Below the pieces are notes generated by a model. It was not told the origin of the DNA, did not search any database, and saw nothing but the letters and a program-made list of their open reading frames with translations. The position numbers and the translations under genes were made by a program. 64,000 bases of DNA from the NCBI GenBank assembly GCA_040390065.1, contig JAZJZE010000009.1:506930-570929 (forward strand), read 5' to 3'. This DNA comes from a bacterium (lineage in GTDB: Archaea; Thermoplasmatota; E2; JACPAO01; JAHFTW01). This document shows positions 55,945-64,000 of the stretch, piece by piece. How positions within the stretch are numbered: position 1 is the first letter of the stretch; the number at the start of each line of letters is the position of its first letter.

Positions 55945-56089
55945 AGGGCGGCGGTGCCGCGTGGTTGACGCCCCCCGAATCGCCCAGAACACTGAGCGCG
56001 TTGAACGTGTCGTGGGTAGCCCAGTGAAGTCCGTGCGTTCGGTGGCTCGGCCGGGGTCCAGACGGAGCACCGACAGTGGAAAGGGAGGG

Positions 56090-56473
56090 TTGAGCGTTGT
56101 CTCGAGGCCGTATGTTCCGCGGGCGACGTTCATGTTGCGGCTGGCCTCCGTACTACTTGCGCTCGTCAGCGTGACTCAGATATTGGTCTCCCTTGCGCGC
56201 CTTTTCTCCCTTCGCCCTTGGGCGATTGGCTTCTTCATCTCTGGCCTCCTGGCCGGATGCGCGGCGTGGGGCGCCTGGAACAGCAAGGCTTGGGCGCGCT
56301 GGGTGAGCTACGCGAGCCTGGCCGTGGCGGCCGCGGCGACGGCAATTGGTAGCTACGGACAGTCATGGGCCTGGCTGGCCTGGTGGTGGTGGGCCGGGTC
56401 GTACCTCTGGCCTGAATTGGCCTTGCATGCCGCGATGATCCGTCGCCCCTTGGCCGAGGTGCCGCGTGCCTGA
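56090..56473 (+). CDS. Orphan 4-TM membrane protein inserted between priL and priS
   Basis: GGGAGG SD before TTG 56090; hydrophobic, Trp-rich; overlaps the priS start. Confidence 0.6.
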   Translation: MSVVSRPYVPRATFMLRLASVLLALVSVTQILVSLARLFSLRPWAIGFFISGLLAGCAAWGAWNSKAWARWVSYASLAVAAAATAIGSYGQSWAWLAWWWWAGSYLWPELALHAAMIRRPLAEVPRA

Positions 56474-57842
56474 CGCATCCGATTCGTCGGTGAAATCGGT
56501 GGTTCCGCCCGAGGCGAAACCAACCGCGCCCGAGCAACCTCCAGCTAAACCTCCGCAGCCCACCACGTTCCCCCCCGCCGTCGCGAAGACGATTGACTGG
56601 CTGCAAGGCCAATACGCCGATTGGTACCGCGACAACCCGCCACCGATGCCGGACCGCTTCACGCGCCGCGAATTCGGTTTCATCCTGTGGCCAGACAAGC
56701 CGGGGCCGCCGCCATTTGTCCGGCACCGCGCGTACGAGAACGCCGATCGCTTGCATTGGTACTTGCAGAAGCAGGGTCCGCACTCGGCGTACTACTCGAC
56801 GGCGTACTACCGCCGGCCGGGCGAGATGAAGATGCTCGACAAGCAGTGGCTCGGCGCGGAACTCATCTTCGACTTGGACGCCGACCACCTCGTCGAAGCC
56901 GAGAAGGCGAAGGCGGAAGGCCACGAGATGCCGCTGGCCGAGCAGCTCGCACTCGTCAAGACGCAGTTCAAGCGCCTTCTTGACGAATTCCTCTTCGGCG
57001 ACTTCGGCCTCGGAGAAGACGACGTGTGGATCACGTTCAGTGGCGGCCGCGGCTACCACGCCCACGTCATCGAGGAGCGCCTCATGCAGTTGGATTCCAA
57101 GGCGCGGCGCGAGATCGTCGACTACATCACCGGCAAGGTGCCGACGGAGAAGGGCACCGAAAAGCCGGACCTGTCGCTGTTCATCACGGAGACCACCGTT
57201 GCCGCGGATTCGTTTGCCGGACGCACCAAGAAGCTCACTCAGGAGCGCATGGCGCCGGCGGGGACGCCCGGATGGCCCGGTCGCCTTACGCGCACGCTGG
57301 CCCAGACGTTGCGGACGCACGTGCTCGATGCCGAAAAGAAGGACGCCAAGCGGTGGCTCACCAGCATGGACGGCATCGGCGAAGGCGGGGCCACGAAGTT
57401 CATCGAGCGCTTCGATGAGAAGTCCCTGGCCCGCATCGAGCAAGGGTTCGTCGACCAGGGCCCAGTCATCCGTCGCATCTGTTACCACGTCCTGCAGCAG
57501 GCCACGATCCCGATGGCCAAAGGCGAGACGGACGAGCCCGTCACGGCGGACACGAAGCGCCTCATCCGCCTGCCGGGAAGCCTGCATGGCAAATCGGGGC
57601 TCAAGGTCGTGACCTTGCGCCGCGACGACTTGGACGCCTTCGAGCCGCTGCGCGACGCGGTCGCGTTCAGCATGGAGCCGACGCGCATCGTGCCCCGCAA
57701 CGACGCCGAGATGACGCTGGCAGGGGAACGCGTCGTCGTGAAGAAGGGCGAAGCCGTCGACGTGCCGAAAGCGCACGCCGTCTTCTGGCTGGCGCGCCAA
57801 GGCGGGACGATTTTCCAGGAGCAGCCGTCCACCAACCGTTAA
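56466..57842 (+). CDS. priS: DNA primase small (catalytic) subunit
   Basis: 'REFGF', 'YYSTAYY', 'GAELIFDLDADH', 'FSGGRGYH', 'DEPVTADTKRLIRLPGSLHGK'. Confidence 0.96.
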   Translation: MPDASDSSVKSVVPPEAKPTAPEQPPAKPPQPTTFPPAVAKTIDWLQGQYADWYRDNPPPMPDRFTRREFGFILWPDKPGPPPFVRHRAYENADRLHWYLQKQGPHSAYYSTAYYRRPGEMKMLDKQWLGAELIFDLDADHLVEAEKAKAEGHEMPLAEQLALVKTQFKRLLDEFLFGDFGLGEDDVWITFSGGRGYHAHVIEERLMQLDSKARREIVDYITGKVPTEKGTEKPDLSLFITETTVAADSFAGRTKKLTQERMAPAGTPGWPGRLTRTLAQTLRTHVLDAEKKDAKRWLTSMDGIGEGGATKFIERFDEKSLARIEQGFVDQGPVIRRICYHVLQQATIPMAKGETDEPVTADTKRLIRLPGSLHGKSGLKVVTLRRDDLDAFEPLRDAVAFSMEPTRIVPRNDAEMTLAGERVVVKKGEAVDVPKAHAVFWLARQGGTIFQEQPSTNR

Positions 57843-57866
57843 ACGCCCGGTGCCGCTCAAAGGGTC

Positions 57867-58691
57867 GTGGCGGAAGAGGGACGCGATGCACCCCGGCAGG
57901 GCACGCACACCTCCGCCCGACCGGCCGCAACCGACGCGGAGAAGGAGGCGGTCTCCTACGAGATGCTGCAGGACCTCCTGCGCTCCGAGCGGCGCAGCAA
58001 CAAACTCATGCCGGTGACGGCGCGCTTCTGGTTCCTCGTGCGCGAATTCCTGGAGGCGGTCACGAACGAGTTCCGGGCCGAGCAGGCGAAGGACCCCTTC
58101 AGCCGCAAGGTCATGCTTCTGACGGACGAAGTCAAGAACGCTCGTCACGCCGCCGAGTCGCTTTGGGCTTTGCGTGAACGCAAGCTCGCAATGTTGGCCC
58201 TGGCTGCGACGAAGGACCGCAAGCGCCCGGAAGGTGTCACGCCCGACGAGGCCGAACTGTACGATGGCTTCCTGCAGGCGCTTGGAACCGCCCGCACGCG
58301 GTTGTTCGACGGCCTCCTGCCGCCGCCCACGCTCCAGCCGCCGCCCGTCCCGGTCCCGAGTCCCGCACCCGGCGCGACGACGGCGCCGCCCGTGCAGATG
58401 CCGATCCAGGAGCCGCCGCGGCCTGACGCGAAGGCCCCAGTCATGTCGGTCCCGGTGGCACCGCCTCCTCCCGCGACGGCAGCCGGCGGCCCGGGTGTCC
58501 ACGTCGTCCCCCACGACACCACCCAAACCGTGCAGATGGTCACCATCCGGGCCCTCGGCGACATTCCGCCTTTCGTCGGCCCCGACATGCAGACGTACCT
58601 GCTCAAGGCCGGCGACCTCGCAACGGTCCCGCCGAGCATCGCGAACCTGCTGGTGAGGCGAAACAAGGCGGCCATCGTCAACATGGGCTGA
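57867..58691 (+). CDS. GINS-family replication protein (GINS15/51-type)
   Basis: Helical A domain 'RERKL', Pro-rich linker, B domain 'IRALGDIPPFVGPDMQTYLLKAGDLATVP..A..LV'; expected position after priS. Confidence 0.85.
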   Translation: MAEEGRDAPRQGTHTSARPAATDAEKEAVSYEMLQDLLRSERRSNKLMPVTARFWFLVREFLEAVTNEFRAEQAKDPFSRKVMLLTDEVKNARHAAESLWALRERKLAMLALAATKDRKRPEGVTPDEAELYDGFLQALGTARTRLFDGLLPPPTLQPPPVPVPSPAPGATTAPPVQMPIQEPPRPDAKAPVMSVPVAPPPPATAAGGPGVHVVPHDTTQTVQMVTIRALGDIPPFVGPDMQTYLLKAGDLATVPPSIANLLVRRNKAAIVNMG

Positions 58692-58704
58692 ATCCGCCCG
58701 CTCG

Positions 58705-58794
58705 GGTCAACAGATGCTCGAGATGACGACGGCTTTTCCGTCACGACTTCGCCTCCGTCGTCGGCATCGGTTTCATCGGTTCAATCTGTTGACC
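58705..58794. repeat. 9-nt-periodic hairpin
   Basis: Perfect outer IR ggtcaacagat/atctgttgacc; right arm catcggttt-catcggttc-aatctgttg. Confidence 0.78.
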
Positions 58795-58858
58795 AGGAGT
58801 CGTCTCGGGGGCGACGCGACATCACCTCCAAATAGGCCCGCGAAACTCGCCGAGAACG

Positions 58859-59206
58859 ATGCCCGACCGCACCCCCTTCCGCAAGCAGCCGTTCTCGGAT
58901 GAGGAAGCGGAGAAACTGTACCACAACTCGCACGACCTTCGCGAGATGTACACGCGGGAGAACACGGAACGCCGCCGCGCCGGGGCGCACACGCTTCGCC
59001 GCTACCTGACGACGGCGCAGGATAAGCTTCTCACCGCCCACATGACGAAGATCCGCGACGAGTACGAGACAGCCAACAACGACGACGTCGTCGTGGTGTT
59101 CGTGCAGAAGGCCATCGCCGAGGGAAAGACAGCCGAGTTTGCTCCGCAGCTCGTGGAGTATGCGAAGAAGGCCGTCGTGCCGAAGCGGACGACGCCGGTA
59201 TACTAG
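58859..59206 (+). CDS. Hypothetical protein inserted between GINS and rpl44e
   Basis: 115-aa ORF with coding-like codon usage. Confidence 0.65.
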   Translation: MPDRTPFRKQPFSDEEAEKLYHNSHDLREMYTRENTERRRAGAHTLRRYLTTAQDKLLTAHMTKIRDEYETANNDDVVVVFVQKAIAEGKTAEFAPQLVEYAKKAVVPKRTTPVY

Positions 59207-59337
59207 TCGGCGTTCAGGCTAAATACCACCTCCGTGTCGCCAACCTTGCCTTCCGTAGATTTCCCCGCCACCGCATCCCTTGGGAGCGGACGTCGGGACA
59301 GTCTTCGCCGTTGGAAGGCCGGCGAAGGTGTGATACC

Positions 59338-59634
59338 ATGAAACTCCCCCGCACCGTGAAGCGGTACTGCCCTTCGGCCAAGTGCCAGAAGCACCAGGAC
59401 CACGACGTCGAACGCGTCAAGAAACGCCGCGCCAGTGAACTCAGCTGGGGTCAGAGGCGGTTCCGCAAGGTCACCTCCGGTTACACGGGTTTCCCCCGTC
59501 CGAAGCCCGAGGGCCGCGAGAAGCCGACGAAGCGCATCTTCCTGAAGTACGTCTGCAAGGTGTGCAAGAAGGCCCACCAGCCGGCCGCCTTCCGCGCCAA
59601 GAAGTTCGAACTCATCGAGGTGAAGGGCAAATGA
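59338..59634 (+). CDS. rpl44e: 50S ribosomal protein L44e (eL42)
   Basis: 'YCP..KCQKH..H.V', 'WGQRRF..GY.GFPRP', 'KPTKR...C..C.KAH'. Confidence 0.97.
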   Translation: MKLPRTVKRYCPSAKCQKHQDHDVERVKKRRASELSWGQRRFRKVTSGYTGFPRPKPEGREKPTKRIFLKYVCKVCKKAHQPAAFRAKKFELIEVKGK

Positions 59635-59807
59635 CCGCAATCCGTGCTCAATTCGTGAAAGTGAAGTGCGGCGACTGCGGCAACGAGCAGATCGCCTTCA
59701 ACCGCGCGGCCACCAAGGTCAACTGCCTCGTCTGCGGCGCAACCCTTGCGACGCCGACCGGCGGCGAGGCCAAGTTCAAGGCGGAAATCACGCACACGTT
59801 CGATTAG
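59631..59807 (+). CDS. rps27e: 30S ribosomal protein S27e (eS27)
   Basis: '[32 protein letters not shown]'. Confidence 0.97.
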   Translation: MTAIRAQFVKVKCGDCGNEQIAFNRAATKVNCLVCGATLATPTGGEAKFKAEITHTFD

Positions 59808-59822
59808 TCTTGCGTCCAACGG

Positions 59823-59986
59823 TGTCCAGGTTTGGCCCTTAGCGCAAGCTCGGCCAGCATTGGAATCCACAGAATCCTGCGTCGAAGCGCTGTCAAGGTT
59901 TGGCCCCCGCGCCGAGCTCGCCCAGCATTGGAATCCACCGAATCCACAGAAAGTAGCGGGCGGTTTCGGTGGATTCAGTGGATTCC
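59823..59986. repeat. Degenerate 55-bp tandem duplication (period 68) ending in a 9-nt-periodic hairpin
   Basis: tgtc.aggtttggccc...ccagcattggaatccac.gaatcc at 59823 and 59891; IR ggaatccaccgaatccacagaaa / tttcggtggattcagtggattcc (21/23 paired). Confidence 0.8.
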
Positions 59987-60004
59987 TGTTTCAGTGGGGC
60001 CGCG

Positions 60005-60472
60005 TTAAGCCAGCAATAGGACGGCGGCCGTGAGGCCAATCCCAGCGACAAAGGTCCACCAAAGGAGGCTCTCCCGATGCCCCGCGCGGCGCCATTCCTC
60101 GGACGGCACGCCCTCCTTCATCGCTTGCATCAGCCGGAAAGAACTGGCCAAACCCATGGCGATGAACGAGCCGCACAGAGCCCAGCCTGCGGCGACGGCT
60201 ATCCATGCGGCCCAGGCGGCACCCTCGGGCTTGACCCACACCGCTACGACGACGAGGCCAACGAGCAGGAAAATCGGGTAAAGCCCCCAGAACCAGACGC
60301 GGTCGCGACGCCACAATGCTTCGACGCGAGCGTCGTTGTCGGCGCGGAAGTCGACACGCCATACACCGAAGCGTTCGCGTTCGAGGCGGATCTGGCGGCC
60401 ATGGGCCTTGGCCGAGATGAGGATCAGCGCGAGAGTGGCGACGGTTTCGGCGGCCAGGGCCCAATCGCGCAC
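60005..60472 (-). CDS. Orphan membrane protein inserted antisense between rps27e and eIF2-alpha
   Basis: About 4 hydrophobic segments; fits exactly in the intergenic gap. Confidence 0.65.
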   Translation of the reverse strand: MRDWALAAETVATLALILISAKAHGRQIRLERERFGVWRVDFRADNDARVEALWRRDRVWFWGLYPIFLLVGLVVVAVWVKPEGAAWAAWIAVAAGWALCGSFIAMGLASSFRLMQAMKEGVPSEEWRRAGHRESLLWWTFVAGIGLTAAVLLLA

Positions 60473-60530
60473 AACCCTGGAGAAAACCGGTCCCCTAAAG
60501 CCTGATATCAGAGACGCTTCTCCCCAAACC

Positions 60531-61334
60531 GTGGCTAAACTCAACCCCTTCCCTGAGGAGGGCGAACTCGTCGTCGGTACCGTGCGCGAGGTGCAGAACT
60601 TCGGCGCCTTCGTGACGCTCGAGGAGTACAAGGGCAAGGAGGGCTTCTGCCACATCCGCGAAGTCGCTCCGGGTTGGGTGAAGCGCATCCGCGACTACGT
60701 GCGCGAGAAGCAGCGCGTCGTGTGCAAGGTCATGGGTGTCGACGCCAAGAAGGGCCATATCGACCTCAGCATCAAGGCCGTCAACGACCACCAGAAGCGC
60801 GAGACCATCCAGGCGTGGAAGAACGAGCAGAAGGCGGACAAGTTCCTCGAGATCATGGCGGAGCGCGAGAAGACCACGGTCGAGGCGCTCATGGCCACGT
60901 TCGGCCGCGACGTCATCGCCAAGTTCGGGACACTTTACCAGGCCTTCGTCGAATCCGCCGAACTCGGCGCAGAGGCGCTGGAGCAAGAGGGCCTGAAGGG
61001 TCCGTGGGTCGCGTCGTTCGTGGCGTTCGCGCAGGAGAACATCCAGGCGCAGTTCGTCGACATCGCCGGCTACGTGGACATCCAGAGCCCCCTGCCCGAC
61101 GGCGTGAAGCACGTGTCCAAGGCGCTCAAGCAGGCGGAGAAGTCCGAGTTCGAGGACGTCACCATCGAGGTCGCCTACATGGGGGCGCCGCACTACCGCG
61201 TCACCGTCCGAGCGCCCGATTTCAAGATTGCCGAGACGGAATTGGAGAAGGCGGCGGAGCGCGCCGTCGACGCCATCAAGAAGGCGGGCGGGTCCGGCTC
61301 CTTCCACCGCGAACTCGAGGTCAAGAAGGCCTAG
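60531..61334 (+). CDS. eif2a: Translation initiation factor 2 subunit alpha
   Basis: 'PEEGELVVGTV', 'GAFVTLEEY', 'KGHIDLSIK', 'YMGAPHYR'. Confidence 0.97.
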   Translation: MAKLNPFPEEGELVVGTVREVQNFGAFVTLEEYKGKEGFCHIREVAPGWVKRIRDYVREKQRVVCKVMGVDAKKGHIDLSIKAVNDHQKRETIQAWKNEQKADKFLEIMAEREKTTVEALMATFGRDVIAKFGTLYQAFVESAELGAEALEQEGLKGPWVASFVAFAQENIQAQFVDIAGYVDIQSPLPDGVKHVSKALKQAEKSEFEDVTIEVAYMGAPHYRVTVRAPDFKIAETELEKAAERAVDAIKKAGGSGSFHRELEVKKA

Positions 61335-61335
61335 G

Positions 61336-61512
61336 ATGACGAACGCCCTCATGCGGTATTGCGGCACCTGCTCCGAGTACACGCTGAAGGAGGCCTGCCC
61401 GCGCTGCGGCGGCAAGACGGCGCAGAAGACGCCGGCCAAGTTCAGTCCCGAGGACCATTACGGCGAGTACCGACGCAAGCTCAAGAAATTGGATGCGTCC
61501 GAGAAGGCGTAG
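61336..61512 (+). CDS. nop10: H/ACA RNP protein Nop10
   Basis: 'C..C.EYTLKEACPRCGG.T...PAKFSPEDHYGEYRR'. Confidence 0.95.
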   Translation: MTNALMRYCGTCSEYTLKEACPRCGGKTAQKTPAKFSPEDHYGEYRRKLKKLDASEKA

Positions 61513-61541
61513 GGCATCGGTCCATCGAAACCAACCAACTT

Positions 61542-61893
61542 GCGGCCACGTCAACCTCCGACGGCGGCGACGCGCACGAGGTGGCCGCTTGCTTGAGTTT
61601 GGGCGGCCTGGAAAAACAGTGAACCCCATGAAACGGCAGGCGACAGGACATCGGTTTCCCTGGGTTCGGGTGGTGCACTATTTTCCGCGGCCTCCCACAC
61701 TCAGCGACGCCCCGCAAGCAAGATGAATCCCAGCCCCCCCGGCGGCCCCCGCGCGCTCGCTACGCATCGCGCACTGGCCTCGCCCTCGCACGCCCGCGCT
61801 GCGCTGCGGGCTGCTCGCCCCGACCGGGGGCCCGCTTCGCCTTTCCTCCATTCCCTCAAGGCGTCGGCGCCGTCGGAGGACGACGGGAATGGC
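61542..61893. repeat. Composite structured dispersed element, copy 2
   Basis: Module A 61542-61588, central hairpin ~61610-61686, module C 61737-61893; homologous to 12317-12690. Confidence 0.85.
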
Positions 61894-61914
61894 TCGGTGG
61901 CTTGGACAAGCAGG

Positions 61915-61943
61915 AATCAGTCCAATCCGTGCAATCCGTGGTT
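61915..61943. repeat. 9-nt-periodic half-site
   Basis: aatcagtcc-aatccgtgc-aatccgtgg-tt, 14 nt from the desaturase stop. Confidence 0.65.
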
Positions 61944-61957
61944 CGCGTGGGCGACGG

Positions 61958-62908
61958 CTAGTGCGCCATGCGTGCCAACTTTTCCGCCTTCGTTGGCTGG
62001 TGCACGTGCGTGATGAGGTGCGTCCATGCGAGGAGCCGCACGAGCCATGCGCCGGTGTCGACTTGCCACCATTTCATGCCGATGTAGGCGGCGTTGGGGA
62101 AGGCGTGGTGGTTGTTGTGCCAGCCTTCGCCCCAGCCGAAGATGGCGACGATGGGGTTGTTGGCGCCGCGGTCGTTCGTCTTGAACGGGCGGCGGCCCGA
62201 CATGTGGCCGATGGAGTTGACGCTCCACGTCGTGTGGTGCATGAGGCCGACGCGGATGAGGCCGCCCCAGACGAAGCAGTCGAAGGCGCCGGCAAGCGTT
62301 CCGTAGGCGAGGTAGCCGATGATGGCGGGCAGCACAAGAGAGAATGTGGTCCAGAAGACCCAGGTACGTGTGAAGAACGCGACCACCTTGTCCTGCATGA
62401 GCTTCTCGTAGGCGAGTCCGCCGTAGACCATGCGGTCCTTGAGCATCCATCCCATGTGTGCGTGCCAGAAGCCTTCCAGTGGGCTGTGGGGGTCGCCGGG
62501 CCGGTCGGCCTTGGCGTGGTGGCGCAGGTGCGTTGCCGCCCAACCGGCTGGCGGGCCTTCGAGGGCCATCGTGCCGGCCATGAGGAGTCCGATCTTCGCG
62601 GGGGTCTTGGCGGTAAAGGCGCGGTGGGTGAGCATGCGGTGGAAGCCGACGCTGACGCCGAGGCCGGTCAGGAGCCAGCCGCCGATGAGGAGGCCAATCT
62701 CGAGCCAGCCGACGCCATGGCCCCAGAGGCGCCACCCGGCGTAGCCGAGGGCCAGCAGGGGGAGGAAGACGATGACCAGGATGAGGAGCTTGCCCCACCA
62801 CGGGTCGTGGCCGAAGGGGAACGGGTCCTGGCCCTTGTGTTCGCCTTCGTGGGCCGTCTGGTCCCACTCCTGTTGTTCGGGGTCTTGGGCGTGCGCTTGG
62901 TTCGACAT
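61958..62908 (-). CDS. Acyl-CoA (delta-9/Ole1-like) fatty acid desaturase
   Basis: Three His boxes 'GFHRMLTHRAF', 'HLRHH..AD..GDPHSP', 'GEGWHNNHHAFP'; GGAGG SD favours ATG 62908. Confidence 0.93.
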   Translation of the reverse strand: MSNQAHAQDPEQQEWDQTAHEGEHKGQDPFPFGHDPWWGKLLILVIVFLPLLALGYAGWRLWGHGVGWLEIGLLIGGWLLTGLGVSVGFHRMLTHRAFTAKTPAKIGLLMAGTMALEGPPAGWAATHLRHHAKADRPGDPHSPLEGFWHAHMGWMLKDRMVYGGLAYEKLMQDKVVAFFTRTWVFWTTFSLVLPAIIGYLAYGTLAGAFDCFVWGGLIRVGLMHHTTWSVNSIGHMSGRRPFKTNDRGANNPIVAIFGWGEGWHNNHHAFPNAAYIGMKWWQVDTGAWLVRLLAWTHLITHVHQPTKAEKLARMAH

Positions 62909-63108
62909 GGGCATCCCTCCTGAGAGTCATCCGGAGGGCTGCTAACCGGGCGGACGCTGCTTCCAGATTGAAACCTATGTTCGCTGTGGAAGTGGTTAAG
63001 GCCGGAGGTTAGGGGAACGGCTGCTGGTATCCTGCGCGACACCAAGGAGGTCTCCCGGCCGAGAAGAAACGAATGTGGAACGAGGGGAAGAGGAAGCGTT
63101 GGAGGTTC

Positions 63109-63858
63109 TCAGTCGTCGCCCTTGGCGTGGCGGCTGCGCTCGTCTTCGGCGTCGCGTTCGCGCATGCGCTCGCGGCGTTCGTCGTCGTGCGGCCGGTCGC
63201 CCTTCTCGCTCTCGAGATGCAGGACGGGCTTCAGCATCCACTTGCCGTTGCCGGTCTGGTGGAGGCTGCGGTCGAGGTCGAAGTCGATGGTGAGCTTCGT
63301 CTCCTTTCCGTCGTCGACGGTGAAGTGTCCCTTGATGCGCAGGTTGTGGCCCGGCACGGTCACGTTCGCCGTGCTGCCATCCTTGAGCGTGAGGCTCGCG
63401 GAGTCGACGGTGAGGCGGATCTGGTTGTAGGCGCCGACGGGTACGTCCGCGTCGCCCAGGAAGGCGCTTGCCGAGCCGTTGAAGGCCAGCAGGTCGACCG
63501 TGGTGGGCTTGTCCATGACCGTGATCCAGGCGCTCTCGTTGTCCGTGTCGTTGTCCTGTTGGACCTCGATGCTGATGGCGATGCGGCCGTGACCCGGTGC
63601 GGCGGAGACGTTGGCGCGCGCCGATTCATCGTCGCGTTCCTTCTCCTCCCGCTCCTGCTCCTCGCGTTCGGAATCGTTGTCGGTCTGGTGCAACTGCACC
63701 TTGCTGAACGTGACGTACACATGCGTCACGTCGTCGGTGGGGGCGTCCTTGACGAAGACGGAAGCCGTGCCCGTGGACCCGCTGGCTGACATGCAGCCGG
63801 CAAGGGCGGTGACTGCCAACGTCGCGACGAGGGCGATGCCGATGGTTCGATGGTTCAT
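63109..63858 (-). CDS. DUF4382-family lipoprotein
   Basis: LAGC lipobox; 'VFVKDAP.DDVTHVYVTFSKV', 'VDLL', 'G.YNQIRL', 'IDFDLDRS', 'MLKPV'. Confidence 0.88.
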   Translation of the reverse strand: MNHRTIGIALVATLAVTALAGCMSASGSTGTASVFVKDAPTDDVTHVYVTFSKVQLHQTDNDSEREEQEREEKERDDESARANVSAAPGHGRIAISIEVQQDNDTDNESAWITVMDKPTTVDLLAFNGSASAFLGDADVPVGAYNQIRLTVDSASLTLKDGSTANVTVPGHNLRIKGHFTVDDGKETKLTIDFDLDRSLHQTGNGKWMLKPVLHLESEKGDRPHDDERRERMRERDAEDERSRHAKGDD

Positions 63859-64000
63859 GTTGTTCGCACCTGCCTTGTCCCTGCGCGGGACGGCATATAG
63901 GGCATATCGGTCATTTGTCGAAGAAACGCGCGATGGCGGTTGCCGCAAACGAAAGTCTACGGCGTGACCCGTGTCACGTCGCGCGGGAACAGGATTGCTT

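Noticed and set aside
59280-59337. Hairpin in the rpl44e leader as an RNA gene
   Set aside because: A single 8-bp stem (cttcgccg/cggcgaag); it may be a leader structure but there is no support for a distinct ncRNA.
59823-59986. Possible mini-CRISPR array
   Set aside because: Only two degenerate 55-bp units with a 13-bp gap and no cas genes; it is a tandem duplication plus a hairpin.

Overview
High-GC archaeal chromosome segment, most likely Thermoplasmatota-like (inferred from gene content). Core genes recognised from their translations: truD, rpoL, csl4, rpiA, trmY, pyrF, eIF5A, rsmA-like, NADP phosphatase/NAD kinase, a JAMM protease, and the conserved tfs-pcn-priL-priS-GINS-rpl44e-rps27e-eIF2a-nop10 cluster. 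Many orphan secreted proteins and lipoproteins lie between them. The left ~9.2 kb is accessory: a giant surface protein, an RHH regulator, a TM-TPR protein, then a plasmid-like operon (Zn fingers, wHTH, ArdC, ParB) bracketed by a ~125-nt hairpin and an origin-like repeat cluster. The most unusual signals are: (1) a ~350-375-bp composite element in two copies 49 kb apart, with conserved end hairpins whose loops are complementary and a variable middle; (2) sequence-variable hairpins with 9-nt periodicity next to genes inserted into the conserved operon; (3) the leading-region-like ArdC/ParB module; (4) two paralogous ectodomain-TM-TPR proteins; (5) a CxxCH plus cytochrome-b-like membrane fusion; (6) a bacterial-type acyl-CoA desaturase in an archaeon. 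All family calls come from motif recognition by eye; no database searches were run. No tRNA, rRNA or CRISPR array was found.
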